A DNA stretch of 64,000 nucleotides from Octopus vulgaris. Lineage: Eukaryota. The position numbers and the translations under genes are program-made. The stretch lies in the NCBI GenBank assembly GCA_951406725.2, contig OX597839.1, positions 7,316,001 through 7,380,000 on the forward strand. Reading direction: 5' to 3'. Below are positions 14,934-27,319 of this stretch, piece by piece. The notes below the pieces were generated by a model, which was not told where the DNA came from, did no database searches, and saw only the letters and a list, made by a program, of their open reading frames with translations. The first letter of the stretch is position 1. Each line of letters starts with the position of its first letter.

Positions 14934-15225
14934 TGACCGACCAGGCTATCAGATGTTGCTACACATCGCTGGTCACAATGCGCTTCGCATTGTTTTAGCC
15001 TTCAAATGACGCCACCCCTCTGGCTAAGCGACCAGGCCAACAGAAGAAAGAGTGAGAGAACGTTGTGGCGAAAGAGTACAGCAGGGATCGCCACCACCCC
15101 CTGCCGGAGCCTCGTGGAGCTTTAGGCCTTTTCGCTCAATAAACACTCACAACGCCCGGTCTGGGAAACGAAACCGCGATCCTACGACCGCGAGTCCGCT
15201 GCCCTAACCACTGGGCAATTGCGCC
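14934..15225 (-). mobile_element. tRNA-derived SINE family C, tail type 1
   Basis: A-box TTGCCCAGTGG, B-box GGTTTCGTTTCCC, body shared with 19345 and 25085, different 3' tail. Confidence 0.85.
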
Positions 15226-15459
15226 CACACACACACATATATATATATATATATGTATGAAACGAGTGTGCATAGATACCTGAGCTTATGTGATTAAGCG
15301 CAGACATAATAATAAGTAGTTCAGTTGGTAATCACGTGGTCTTTGCATACGATTACTCCTTTTGTAGTCTCGGGTTCAGGAATACCTTCTGGTTGAAATA
15401 TAGCAGGAAACCATCAGGAAAACAGATGCCTGTATTCATATCTGTGTGCGTGTGTGCTT

Positions 15460-15493
<34 letters not shown>

Positions 15494-15511
15494 CGGAGAG
15501 AGAGAGAAAGA

Positions 15512-15542
<31 letters not shown>

Positions 15543-15679
15543 AAAGAAGAAAATAAATAAATTTTATTCGTGTTTTATTTTAATCAGTAATATCATTAAA
15601 AACGCATCTCATGCATTTTACACGATTTCAGTTTGTAGGTGACTCGCGAAGAAAATGTTCTTCGTAAATCTACAAACAA

Positions 15680-15862
15680 ACTGGTATTCCGTCGGTTACG
15701 ACGACAAGTATGCTGTTCCTTTCATCGGATCCGATCAAAAGAACAGCCTACTTGTGAGATTAACGTGCAAGTGGCTGAGTACTCTACAGACATGCGCAAC
15801 ATTAAAGTTATTCTCAGGGAGATTCCGCGTGACGTACCTTTCAAATACAGGTACTACTCATT
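15680..15862 (-). mobile_element. SINE family D 3' fragment
   Basis: Reverse complement resembles 26030-26225 (CTCCCTGAGAA...TGTCTGT...GGCTGTTC...GATCGGATC...GTCGTAACCGAC). Confidence 0.6.
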
Positions 15863-15887
15863 AAAAAAATTATTATTATTATTATTA

Positions 15888-15936
<49 letters not shown>

Positions 15937-15970
15937 CATTATTATTATTATTATTATTATTACTATTATT

Positions 15971-16328
15971 GTGTGAGAGAGCAGAGCATGCCATCAAAGT
16001 GACACTGGGGTAATATATACAAAGCCCAGTATACCCATCATGACTACCCGTCTGATAAGGGTACACTAGGCACATGCATCGCAATCATATGTGCGCGACA
16101 TGGTGATCTCATATCAAGATAGGCAGCACATGACCTTGCAGAATGTTAGCATTTTCTTCTGGTCGAGTAACCCATCCCGCTCAAAAGGTCCCTGAATAAG
16201 GTTTGTTTAAGGATGTTGAACGAAACACCCATGTTTACAGAGGTGAATTATTCAAACCCCAAAGAATCCCTCTCAACACATGGCTATGATGCTCCCCAAC
16301 TACTTCTGCTCGTGGTCAGAGATGCACT
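15971..16328. mobile_element. unclassified ~360-bp element embedded in a (TAA)n tract
   Basis: Complex non-coding block with sharp (ATT)n borders on both sides; repeat status inferred, single copy in this window. Confidence 0.45.
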
Positions 16329-16356
16329 ATTATCACTATTATCACTATTATTATTA

Positions 16357-16408
<52 letters not shown>

Positions 16409-16410
<2 letters not shown>

Positions 16411-16731
16411 GCTTGACTTTTGCTTTACATTTGTACAAGTCGCACCCAGAGACCTCAAGAGACAACAGGTTGGAAGTATATGTTGTTGTTATGCCTTGTG
16501 TGCTATATATTTGGTTTTGTACTTAGTGTTGTACTAGTGAATGTCTTAAAAAACATACGAAAATTATGTTAGTTTTAAAACTTGAGATTACATAGACAGT
16601 ATTTTGCGCAGGATATGAGCAGTTCCCATGAGCACTATCTTTGGAATTTCTGCCATTTTTGGGTTTCCTGGTATCTGAGTTAGGTAGCAATCAGCCCCTT
16701 TTGCTATCATTCTCAGGGCACCTATGACAAC
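16409..16731 (-). mobile_element. 5'-truncated R4/Dong-type LINE, 3' end
   Basis: VVIGALRMI...EIPKIVLMGTAHILRKILSM* matches the C-terminus of R4/Dong RLE-type ORFs; inserted in (TAA)n, the known Dong target. Confidence 0.75.
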
Positions 16732-16806
<75 letters not shown>

Positions 16807-16832
16807 CATCATCATCATTATTATCATTATTA

Positions 16833-16965
16833 TTTTGTCTGCTGAGTTGGGGTGGAGTAATGTGATATAAAGGTTCTCGGTCAATGTCACAACGTACCGA
16901 TACGAATCGAACTGAGGATCTTATGGTTGTAAGGCGAGTCCCCTAACCACTAAACCGCGTGACCT
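16833..16965 (-). mobile_element. old tRNA-derived SINE head
   Basis: Minus strand GCGGTTTAGTGGTTAGGG...AGTTCGATTCG (A/B boxes) and ACTCAGCAGACAAAAT like family D. Confidence 0.5.
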
Positions 16966-17084
16966 CACAACTTACAAAGCTACTGTGGACTGCAGACTTA
17001 TTAAATCAAAGACTGGAATTTATGGCAATATCTTTATATATATATATATATATATGCGTGTATGTGTATACTTGCAACCTGATA

Positions 17085-17124
<40 letters not shown>

Positions 17125-17680
17125 TATATATGCATATATATATATATGCATATCAGGTTGCAAGTATACACATACACGCATATATATATATATATATTGA
17201 GAGAGAGATAAATAGATAAACATACACACACATATATGCATACCTACCTATATGTATAAATACATACATACACACATTCATACATATACATACATACATG
17301 CATAAATATAAAGACACACGCACATACATACACACGCACATATCTTTTGGATAAGGAAAAGTTACGTAATTTTTATCTAATGGAACTTGCTCAAATATCT
17401 TTGAAAATATCTGTGACGTCATTACTTTTATGGGCTATATTACAATTTTATAATTAATAATTTAGATGGTAACTGATATTAGAATGTATCTCAATATTTT
17501 CACATGGTGTATCAATAATTCTTCACGTTTACATTAAACATTTTAATACATTTTGCTTGATGAAAGCACTAAACGTTTATGCCTCTTTGAATACTTATGT
17601 GTGCCAATATGATCGTGTTTTCGTATGTGTGTGTTTTCGTATATGTGTGTGTGTGTGTATGTGTGTGTGTGTGTTGGTAG

Positions 17681-18076
17681 TACTCTTTTACTTGTTTCAG
17701 TCATTTGACTGTGGCCATGCTGGAGCACCGCCTTTAGTCGAGCAAATCGTCCCCAGGACTTATTCTTTGTAAGCCTAGTACTTATTCTATCAGTCTCTCT
17801 TTTTGCCGAACCGCTATGTTGCGGGGACGTAAACACACCTGCATCAGTTGTCAAGCGATGTTGGGGCGAAAAACACAAACACATAAACACACACACACAC
17901 ACACACATATACAGGACGGGCTTCTTTCAGTTTCCGTCTACCAAATCCACTCACAAGGCTTTGGTCGGCCCGAGGCTATAGTAGAAGACACTTACCCAAG
18001 GTGCTATGCAGTGGGACTGAACCCGGAACGATGCGGTTGGTAAGCAAGGTACTTACCACACAGCCACTCTTGCGCC
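17681..18076 (-). mobile_element. SINE family B, full length
   Basis: GGCGCAAGAGTGGCTGTGTGGTAAG head, GGGTTCAGTCCC B-box, internal (TG)n, tail GGCGGTGCTCCAGCATGGCCACAGTCAAATGACTGAAACAAGTAAAAGAGTA. Confidence 0.9.
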
Positions 18077-18212
18077 TATAGGTTTTTAAAGAGACGAGAC
18101 TCAAGTTTCCTCTAAACGTTGGGTCATACAGTAACAAGATGTCTCCAAATTTTGTGAAGTTAGATGTTAACGTGTTTAAATCTTACCACATTACCACACA
18201 CACACACACACG

Positions 18213-18265
<53 letters not shown>

Positions 18266-18276
18266 ACATATATATA

Positions 18277-18666
<390 letters not shown>

Positions 18667-19344
18667 CATGTATCTATATCTACACATGGATCTCTGGACG
18701 CTACTTATGACTCAGCAGCTCAGCCTTTCTCTACCAATGGCTTCTATAATATAATATATATATCTCACTGTTATTCAATCCATTTCTACCATCCTGCATC
18801 TCTCTCATCACACCTCACTCTCTTCCTCACTCTCTCTCTCCTTCTCTCTCTCTCTATATATATAAATTAATGACTATACTGTGTGCGTATGTCCCAAAGA
18901 TAAGCTATCTTAAGTTATAGTCTGTGGATGTCTGAACAAAAGTGAATACAGACCGCGTGTTTATTAGTATAATAGTACCTTCGACCTTTTGACATAACTT
19001 TGTTCAATTCATTTGTTTTGTGTCTTTATACTTTATATATTTTGCTTGTGTGCTGTTTTCCTTTTCTTCTTTATTCTATTTCCTTTTTTTTCCTTGTTTC
19101 GTAACTGGGGGCGGAGATTCGATAAATTAATGTTCTTTAGTGCTGATATACATAATGGTGATGCCGATAGCAGCCTAGTCTGTTTTTAGGGTCGCTGGTG
19201 GTATTGGCGCAAGTATAGATTGCAGTCGTCGGAGAAATAGCAGTCTGTGTTGTTAGTGTGGTGGTAATAGTAGAGGTAGTATTACATATACTATTGGGTC
19301 TGATGATGGTGATAGCAATGATTGTCATGTTAGTGTTCGTGTTG

Positions 19345-19761
19345 TTGTTGCTGTTTGTTTGTTTGTTTGTTGAGCGAAGCATTCTTCGTCCCAGAGGTCG
19401 CAAGATCGCGCCTCAGGATTGTCTGTAGTGGGAGAAGTCCGAAACGTGGTCCTTTGCTATTCGTAAGACACGCAGAAGAGAAAGCAGGTCAACCCCCGAC
19501 ACCGAGAGCATCGACAGATGGATGAATGCGCATCCAGGCTCAGCGGTTGCGTAGGAAGTCGGGGACAAGAAACAGGAAGAAAGAGTGGGAGAAAGGTGGA
19601 GCGAAAGAGTACAACAGGGGTCGCCACCACCCCCTGCCGGAACCTCGTAGAGCTTTAGGTGTTTTCGCTCAATAAACAAACACAATTTCCTGTCTGGGAA
19701 TCGAAACCGCGATCCTCCGACCGCGAGTCCGCTGCCCTAACCACTGGGCCATTGCGCCTCC
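19345..19761 (-). mobile_element. SINE family C, full length, tail type 2
   Basis: GGAGGCGCAATGGCCCAGTGGTTAGGGCAGCGGACTCGCGGTCGGAGGATCGCGGTTTCGATTCCC tRNA-like head; (CAAA)/(CAA) tail; resembles octopus tRNA-Arg-derived OR-type SINEs (from recall, not verified). Confidence 0.88.
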
Positions 19762-19839
19762 ACTGTTGTTGCTGTTGTTGCTGGTGGTGGTCCTAATATA
19801 TGGCATTCTTTGTGATGGAGAAAGAGCTCGTTGTGTTTT

Positions 19840-20003
19840 TTGTTTCAGTTCATTTGACTGTGGCCATGCTGGGATTTTAGTCGAACGATGGATTTTACTT
19901 GAACGAATCGACCGCAGGACATATTATTTTAAAGCCTGGTACATATTCTTTTGCCGAATTGCTACGTTGTAGCGACGCAAACACACCAACATCGGTTGTC
20001 AAA
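19840..20003 (-). mobile_element. SINE family B 3' fragment
   Basis: TGTTTCAGTTCATTTGACTGTGGCCATGCTGG...CACCAACATCGGTTGTCAA. Confidence 0.7.
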
Positions 20004-20009
20004 CACAAG

Positions 20010-20281
20010 GATGCCACGAACGGCTCTAAAGGTGAAACGGCAGTAGCATTTGACAAATGAAAGCCGTTATGGAGATTTACCGAAAGTTAGCGCGAAGATC
20101 AGACAAAGACGGTTGCGATTATCTGGTCACTGTGTAGACTACCCTAAACTAGAAGTATGCAAATTAGTCTTGTAGAACCCACTTCATGGTGATGTAAGAA
20201 GAAGGAAATCATCGACAACCAGACTGCAGACACTGGTCCAGAATGTATCCGGGATATCGAGGTAGTAATGATGGACCGAGA
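20010..20281 (+). pseudogene. decayed RTE-clade LINE C-terminal fragment
   Basis: From 20068: YGDLPKVSAKIRQRRLRLSGHCVDYPKLEVCKLVL*NPLHG, later DIEVVMMDRE; parallels the RTE at 50843. Confidence 0.7.
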
Positions 20282-20284
20282 GGT

Positions 20285-20473
20285 AGACTTTTTTATCTCT
20301 CCGTTTTCTTTTCGTTCTTTCTCCATTTTTTCTTGTCGGCCCTTTCCATCGAAGAGCTCAGGCTCGAAACGTTAAAGATTTTTCCATTCTTCCTGAGCGT
20401 TAAACTAATACACCTGCTTGTTGTTCTTACACTTGTCTTCGTCGTTTGTTTTCTGTAAATTTGAACTATATAT
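20285..20473 (+). mobile_element. family H element with degenerate hammerhead-like motif
   Basis: CTTT-CCATCGA-A-GAGC-TCAG-GCTC-GAAA-CG-TT-AAAG (20342-20377); ends GAACTATATATA. Confidence 0.65.
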
Positions 20474-21119
20474 AATTACATGAGTCTGTCCATAATGATA
20501 ATTGACTAATATGTCTTATAAATCGAGCAGTAATTGTAACGGGTTCTCGTTGATGCTATTGGTGAAGTTAGTTACCGTTATTGTTGTAATTATTCAACAG
20601 TAATTTGCCTGAAATAAGCTGAGGTGTGATTACAGCCGTTCACGCTGCGTAAGTAGTGTGACTTATTGTTTCTGAAAATGAAATATCATCAAACAACTGC
20701 CAAGACCGCTGAAAAGAAGATCCGAGGTATTTTCTGCCCGTCGTCTTAGAAAACCATTGCGACTGTAGTATACATTCTGATCCACACACGTAATATATAT
20801 TCTCATCCTATCATAGATCAAAGTACCGCAGTGCTGTCACATTAAGCCAATGCAATAAACATTTAACGAAGCACAAGCAGTTATGTCATCAGTTAGATCA
20901 AAAGCCATCTTCCACCTGACCGATATTGAGCAATGAAAACCGATGAAAGAGAAGTTTTACTAGCAATTTGGCATTCAAATTGATGTCGCTCTAACAGGAA
21001 GAGTAATATAATGCTGCAAGTTTTCACAGAGCTTAACCAGCCACGATGAAACATGCTTCCATTCCATCATGGAATTTTTCAGTGAGAGATGTGTCCTTTT
21101 CGATATAGTATGAAGTACA

Positions 21120-21531
21120 GATATATATTTCTTTACTACCCACAAGGGGGTAAACACAGAGGGGACAAACAAGGACAGACAAAGCGATTAAGTCGATTCC
21201 ATCGACCCCAGTGCGTAACTGGTACTTAATTTATCGACCCCGAAAGGATGAAAGGCAAAGTTGACCTCGGCAGAATTTGAACTCAGAACGTAACGGCAGA
21301 CGAAATACCTATTTCTTTACTACCCACAAGGGCTAAACACAGAGAGGACAAACAAGGACAGACAAAGCGATTAAGTCGATTCCATCGACCCCAGTGCGTA
21401 ACTGGTACTTAATTTATCGACCCCGAAAGGATGAAAGGCAAAGTTGACCTCGGCAGAATTTGAACTCAGAACGTAACGGCAGACGAAATACGGCTACGCA
21501 TTTCGCCCGGCGTGCTACCGTTTCTGCCAGC
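21120..21531 (-). mobile_element. SINE family A dimer with 16-bp TSD
   Basis: Two ~184-bp units; TATAGTATGAAGTACA at 21104-21119 and 21532-21547. Confidence 0.9.
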
Positions 21532-21857
21532 TATAGTATGAAGTACATAATAGAGATGGTAAAAATCACTGGAATGCAAACGAAACCACAGTTGTTGCAT
21601 CAGAGTTACCCTTCTCTAAAGGGATGCGTAAACAAGGACAGAGGTGTTTTTCATTCCATGCTATTAAATGACTGTTGACTATGTTGGATTACGTCACCCT
21701 TTGACGGATGCAGGTTTTTGCCCAGCAGGAACCACCTTACCGAGTAGGTTTATAGTGGTTGCCGGTCTAGTGACCCGACAGCACGGCGATGCCACACACT
21801 CTACCGGGCTACGTGTTGCCAGTATGCTAAGGGCAAGTTGATGCATACACACATGTG

Positions 21858-22008
21858 TGGAGGCGCGCGTGGCTGAGTGGGTTATGCGTTGTGTTTTGAG
21901 CAAAACATTCAGTTCCCGTTGCTGTCCACTCAGCTGGCAAAAATGAGTAATCTTGTGACGGACAGGCTATGGTTTCGATTCGGAGATCGGGCGGTGCGTT
22001 GTGTTACT
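21858..22008 (+). mobile_element. rearranged SINE D-like fragment
   Basis: GGAGGCGCGCGTGGCTGAGTGG head and TTGAGCAAAACA...CACTCAGCTGGCAAAAATGAGTA as in the copy at 25901. Confidence 0.55.
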
Positions 22009-22012
22009 ATGA

Positions 22013-22345
22013 GCATACATACATACATACATACATACATACATACATACATCATTACATACATATATACATAATACATACATACGTACATACATACATA
22101 GATACATACATACATACATACATAGATGCATACATGCATCCCGTTCAGGCGGGGAATATATACACCATGGGAACCGGGAAACCGGGAAACCGGCCAGAGG
22201 AATCTAGAAGACAAGGGAAGGAACTTTATTTTATACAGGCATACATACATACATACATACATACGTACATACATACATACATACATACATACATACATCA
22301 TTACATACATATATACATACATACATACATACATACATACATACG

Positions 22346-22381
<36 letters not shown>

Positions 22382-22587
22382 CATACATACATACATACAT
22401 ACATACATACATACGTACATACATATATACATACATACATACATACATACATACATACATACATACATACATACATACATACATACATACATACATACGT
22501 ACATACATACATACATACATACATACATGCATACATGCATACATACATACATACGTACATACATATATACATACATACATACATACG

Positions 22588-22621
<34 letters not shown>

Positions 22622-22729
22622 CATAATACATACATACATACATACATACATACATACATACATGCATACATACATACATACATACATACATACATACATA
22701 CATACATACATACATACATACATACATAC

Positions 22730-22760
<31 letters not shown>

Positions 22761-22787
22761 CATACATACATACATACATACATACAT
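22013..22787. repeat. (CATA)n microsatellite interrupted by a SINE tail fragment at about 22136-22225
   Basis: Direct inspection; the insert CCCGTTCAGG...GGGAAACCGGCC matches the tail at 61710-61810. Confidence 0.9.
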
Positions 22788-22819
22788 TGCATCAATTTGA
22801 ACCGGTAATCCCTACACAT

Positions 22820-23005
22820 TTTTTTATCTCTCCGTTTTCTTTTCTTTCTTTCTCCATTTTTTCTTGTCAGCCCTTTCCATCGAAGAGCTTCGGCTCGAAA
22901 TGTCAAAGACTTTTCCCTTCTTCCTCAGCGTTAAACTAATACACCTGCTTGTTGTTCCCACACTTGTCTTCGTCGGTTTGATTTTCTGTAAATTTGAACT
23001 ATATA
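22820..23005 (+). mobile_element. family H element
   Basis: Close to 20285-20473; stem II GAGC-TTCG-GCTC-GAAA. Confidence 0.7.
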
Positions 23006-23419
23006 TACATACATGAATACAAGCGCGCGCACTACCTCACACACAAACATATGGAGACATATAGACAGACAGACAGACAGATTGACGAATATGAGGTAAA
23101 GTTACTTGACTTAGCAGTTACTTAATAGCTAGTTCCAGGAAATCAGAAACTGTACTAGATTTACCCCCTGCGTAAAGACATTTATACATACACAGATGCG
23201 CATGCATATGTCTACTCATTGATACAGAAATATACGTATATGTTATGTATGCAAGTGTGTGCGTATCCGGGAGAGTGTGTGTGAGAGATTGAGAGAGACA
23301 GAAAGGGAGTGTGAGAGAGAGAAAGGGAGTAAGAGAGAGAGAGAGAGAGTAATTTATGTAGCTTTTCTTATACACTTAAGTTTCAGAACTTCAGTTCAGC
23401 AGTATCATTGATTTCAGGT

Positions 23420-23490
23420 GGGCTGGACTGCAGATTGAACCGAGGACCCTCTGATTAAAGGTCGGTAGGTCTTCCTCTCGGTTTCACTCC
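23420..23490 (-). mobile_element. tRNA-Lys(UUU)-like SINE head or tRNA pseudogene fragment
   Basis: Minus strand GACCTTTAATCAGAGGGTCCTCGGTTCAATC resembles the anticodon-to-T arm of eukaryotic tRNA-Lys(UUU); no acceptor stem. Confidence 0.45.
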
Positions 23491-23535
23491 CATCCTCTCT
23501 ATCCCATCACTCTCTCTCTCTTACACACACACACT

Positions 23536-23573
<38 letters not shown>

Positions 23574-24418
23574 TGTATATATGTACGTACGCATGAATAT
23601 ATATATATATATATATATACACAGATATATATATACATATGTGTGTGTGTGTGTGTGTGTATGAATGAGTATTACTATCTCTGTCTGTTGATTGGCATAT
23701 ACGTATGTAGGTGGGGCGGTGTGTCTTTTGGTATTTGATTTTATGGAAAAAGGCGTGGATTGAGTTTAGTTCTGCTTCAGCGAGGAGTTTGGGTTGGAGA
23801 ATACCAATGCCCGTGAGAATTAACTGCTGGTGGTGGTGGTGGTGGTGGTGGTGATGGTTGTAGTGGAGGAGGAGGAGAAGGTAGGTGTAGAGGAGGTGAT
23901 GAAATTTTGATGAGATAAAGTTGGAATGTGAACGAAAGGTATAGGGGCGTGATCTTAGTTTGATGGTGAAGGGGTATACGCTATCTGATATCGTATAGTT
24001 GTGGCGTTGATGTTGTTATTGTTGTTGTTGTTGTTGTTCTTGTGGATTTTGGTGTAGATGGTGGTTGTTGGTTGCGATGGCGGTGGTGGTGGTGGTCGTA
24101 ATTGGGACAATTACGAGAGGATTAAGCACCGACGGCGTTGGAGGGTTTCTTGTGGCGATGATGCAGGAGTTGTAAACTGTAATTCAAAAATTCAATTGAT
24201 AATTATAAATCGGGGCCGTGATAATGATAACGATGAGGAAGATGGTGAAGTAGATGTTGATGATGATGATTATGACAATGAAGTTTATGATGACGATGAT
24301 GATGAGGGCTGGTGACGATGACAAAAATGGTGATGGTCAGTATAATATATAAACGAGTGAGTGGACATATGTATATTTATGTATGTATACACACACATAT
24401 ACATACGAGTGAGTGGAC

Positions 24419-24481
<63 letters not shown>

Positions 24482-24492
24482 CGGAGGAGTGG

Positions 24493-24525
<33 letters not shown>

Positions 24526-24527
<2 letters not shown>

Positions 24528-24662
24528 CGCAGGAGTGGCTGTGTGGTAAGTAGCTTGCTTACCAACCACATGGTTCCGGGTTCAGTCCCACTGTGTGGCA
24601 TCTTGGGCAAGTGCCGACCAAAGCCTAGTGAGTGGATTTGGTAGACGGAAACGGAAAGAAGC
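24526..24662 (+). mobile_element. SINE family B 5' half
   Basis: GGCGCAGGAGTGGCTGTGTGGTAAGTAGC...GGGTTCAGTCCC. Confidence 0.85.
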
Positions 24663-24677
24663 TAACAGAGCTAACAG

Positions 24678-24893
24678 AGCTAACAGAGTCGTTAGCACGC
24701 TGGGAAAAATCTTTAGCAGCATTTCGTTCGTCTTTTCGATCCGAGTTCAAATTCTGCCATGGTTCACTTTGTTTTCAATCCTTTAGGGTCGATAAAAAAT
24801 AACTACCATTTGAATCCTGGGGTGGATGTAACCGACTTATCGAAACTACATCGAAACTACTGGCCTTGTGCAAAAACTTAGAAGTCATTATTA
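24678..24893 (+). mobile_element. SINE family A, diverged
   Basis: GTCGTTAGCACGCTGG...GAGTTCAAATTCTGCC...ATCCTTTAGGGTCGATAAA. Confidence 0.7.
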
Positions 24894-25084
24894 TTATTAA
24901 ATTTGAGTCAGGAATTTACTACAGTCACAATGTAAACTGCGACCCAATGATGAACATCCGACTTCGTCGTTAATACACCCATCACTAGCAAAACAACCGC
25001 TAACACTACCTGCACTACCACGATTATCTACCCCTACTTTACTGCAGCTTTTATTGTTTTCATTGCTGTTTCGTGGCGTTGCTG

Positions 25085-25445
25085 CTGTTGTTGTTGTTGA
25101 GCGAACGGTCTTCATCCCAGAGCTCGCAGGATGGGAGAAGTCCGAAACGTGGTCTTTTACTATTCGTAAGGCCCGCAGAAGAGAGAGCAGGTCAACCCCC
25201 GACACTGAGAGCATCGACGGATGGATGAATGCGCATCCAGGCTCAGCGGTTGCGTAGGGAGTCGGGGACAAGAAACAGGAAGAAAGAGTGAGAGAAAGTT
25301 GGAACGAAAGAGTACAACAGGGTTCGCCACCACCCCCTGCCGGAGCCTTGAGGAGCTTTAGGTGTTTTCGCTCAATAGACACACACAACGCCCGGTCTGG
25401 GAATCGAAACCGCGATCCTCCGACCGCGAGTCTGCTGCCCTAACC
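25085..25445 (-). mobile_element. SINE family C, tail type 2
   Basis: High similarity to 19345-19761. Confidence 0.88.
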
Positions 25446-25509
25446 TAAAGACAGGCGATATACCGTTAAGCAATTAACGGGTGCGTTAACGTCTCTGCAA
25501 GCTCACCGC

Positions 25510-25568
<59 letters not shown>

Positions 25569-25900
25569 AGCTTCTGCTGCTGCTTCTGCTGCTGCTGCTT
25601 CTGCTGCTGGCTGGTGTTGCTGGTTGTTAACTGTACTTGTTACTGTCGCCATGTCTTTCCTTGGCGGAGGCGGTGTGGCTGCGGTTATATTGACGACGAA
25701 GGTGTGGTGTTTGCTCTGATGTTATGATGGAGCGAACCATGAGCAAACCATTATGTGTTGTTGATTCAAACGAAAGCTAAACATCTGGTCTAAATGACGA
25801 AAGCCAGACAAACAGGCGCGAGAGGGGCATTTTTCTAGTTGACTCTCCAGTTGTTATGCGATCATGGACCCTGTTTGTTTTTGTCTGTACACTCTAAATG

Positions 25901-26232
25901 AAGGCGGATGGCTCGGTGCTTAAGTCATTCGCCGCACAATCGTACGGTCGTGAGTTCGATACCCGGTGATGCGTCCTATTCTTGAGCAAGACACTTTACT
26001 TCACGTTGCTCCAGTCCATTCAGCTGGCAAAAATGAATTGTACATTGAACTTGTTATTCAAAGGAGCCAGCCTTGTCACACTCTGTGCCGCGCTGAAAAC
26101 TCCCTGAGAACTACATTAAGGGTACACGTGTCTGTTGAGTGCTCACACGATCTCACATTAATTTGCCAAGCAGGCTGTTCCGTTGATCGGATCAACTAGA
26201 GCAGGTATTGTCGTAACCGACAAAGTGTCAGG
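25901..26232 (+). mobile_element. tRNA-derived SINE family D
   Basis: TGGCTCGGTGCTTAAG A-box, GAGTTCGATACCC B-box, TTGAGCAAGACACTTTAC core-like block. Confidence 0.7.
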
Positions 26233-26288
26233 GAATAAGTCAAGATCAGAAGCCATGAGAGCCACTGTCTGGCATTGCATCATTATTA

Positions 26289-26435
<147 letters not shown>

Positions 26436-26462
26436 CATTATTATTATTATATTATTATTATT

Positions 26463-26495
<33 letters not shown>

Positions 26496-26496
26496 C

Positions 26497-26626
26497 TATG
26501 TTTGATTTTTGCTTTATATTTGTACAAGTTGGCTCTGATAAAGGTACAAGTCTCACAACCCGCAGAGACCATATCAAGAGACAACAGGTTCAGGTTGAAG
26601 TTCATGTTGTTGTTATTTGAAGTTCA

Positions 26627-26630
<4 letters not shown>
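26497..26630 (-). mobile_element. R4/Dong-type 3' UTR fragment in (TAA)n
   Basis: TTTTGCTTTA-ATTTGTACAAGT...CAGAGACC...TCAAGAGACAACAGGTT matches 16411-16475. Confidence 0.7.
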
Positions 26631-26704
<74 letters not shown>

Positions 26705-26806
26705 CATTATTAATTATTATTATTATTATTACTATTATTTGAGACGGTGAGCTAACGGAGTCCTTAGCACGCTGGTAAAAGTGTTTGAATATGTGATCAA
26801 GTAACA

Positions 26807-26972
26807 GTAGGAGTGGCTGTGTGGAAAGTAGCTTGCTTACCAACCACATGGTTCCGGGTTCAGTCTCACTGCGTGGCAACTTGGGCAAGTGTCTTCTACT
26901 ATAGCCTCGGGCCGACCAAAGCCTTGTGAGTGGATTTGGTAAACGGAAACTGAAAGAAGCCCGTTGTATATA

Positions 26973-27003
<31 letters not shown>

Positions 27004-27118
27004 ATGGTTATGTGTCTGTATTTGTCTCCCCAATATCGCTTGACAACCGATACTGTTGTGTTTACGTCCCGGTAACTTAGCGGCTCAGCAAAAGAGACCG
27101 ATAGAATAAGTACCAGGC

Positions 27119-27155
<37 letters not shown>

Positions 27156-27319
27156 ATTTGTCCGTAACACAGTGTAGGTATAAATGAACTGGAGTCTTTA
27201 GTCATCTGTCAAGTCACAACAGTACTGGGCTTACAAAGAATAAGTCCTGGAGTCCATTTGCTCGACTAAAGGTGGTGCTCCAGCATGGCCGCAGTCAAAT
27301 GACAGAAACAAGTAAAAGA
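26807..27319 (+). mobile_element. SINE family B interrupted by a (GTT)n + 64-bp insert
   Basis: Head and tail of family B; insert 27120-27220 lies between AGTACCAGGCT and AGTACTGGGCT. Confidence 0.85.

Noticed and set aside
19690-19761. Functional tRNA gene
   Set aside because: A and B boxes are present but there is no acceptor stem, and the sequence continues into a multi-copy SINE body
21120-21531. Repeat arrays as CRISPR
   Set aside because: Units are 184-bp SINE bodies with no unique spacers; no cas genes; eukaryotic context
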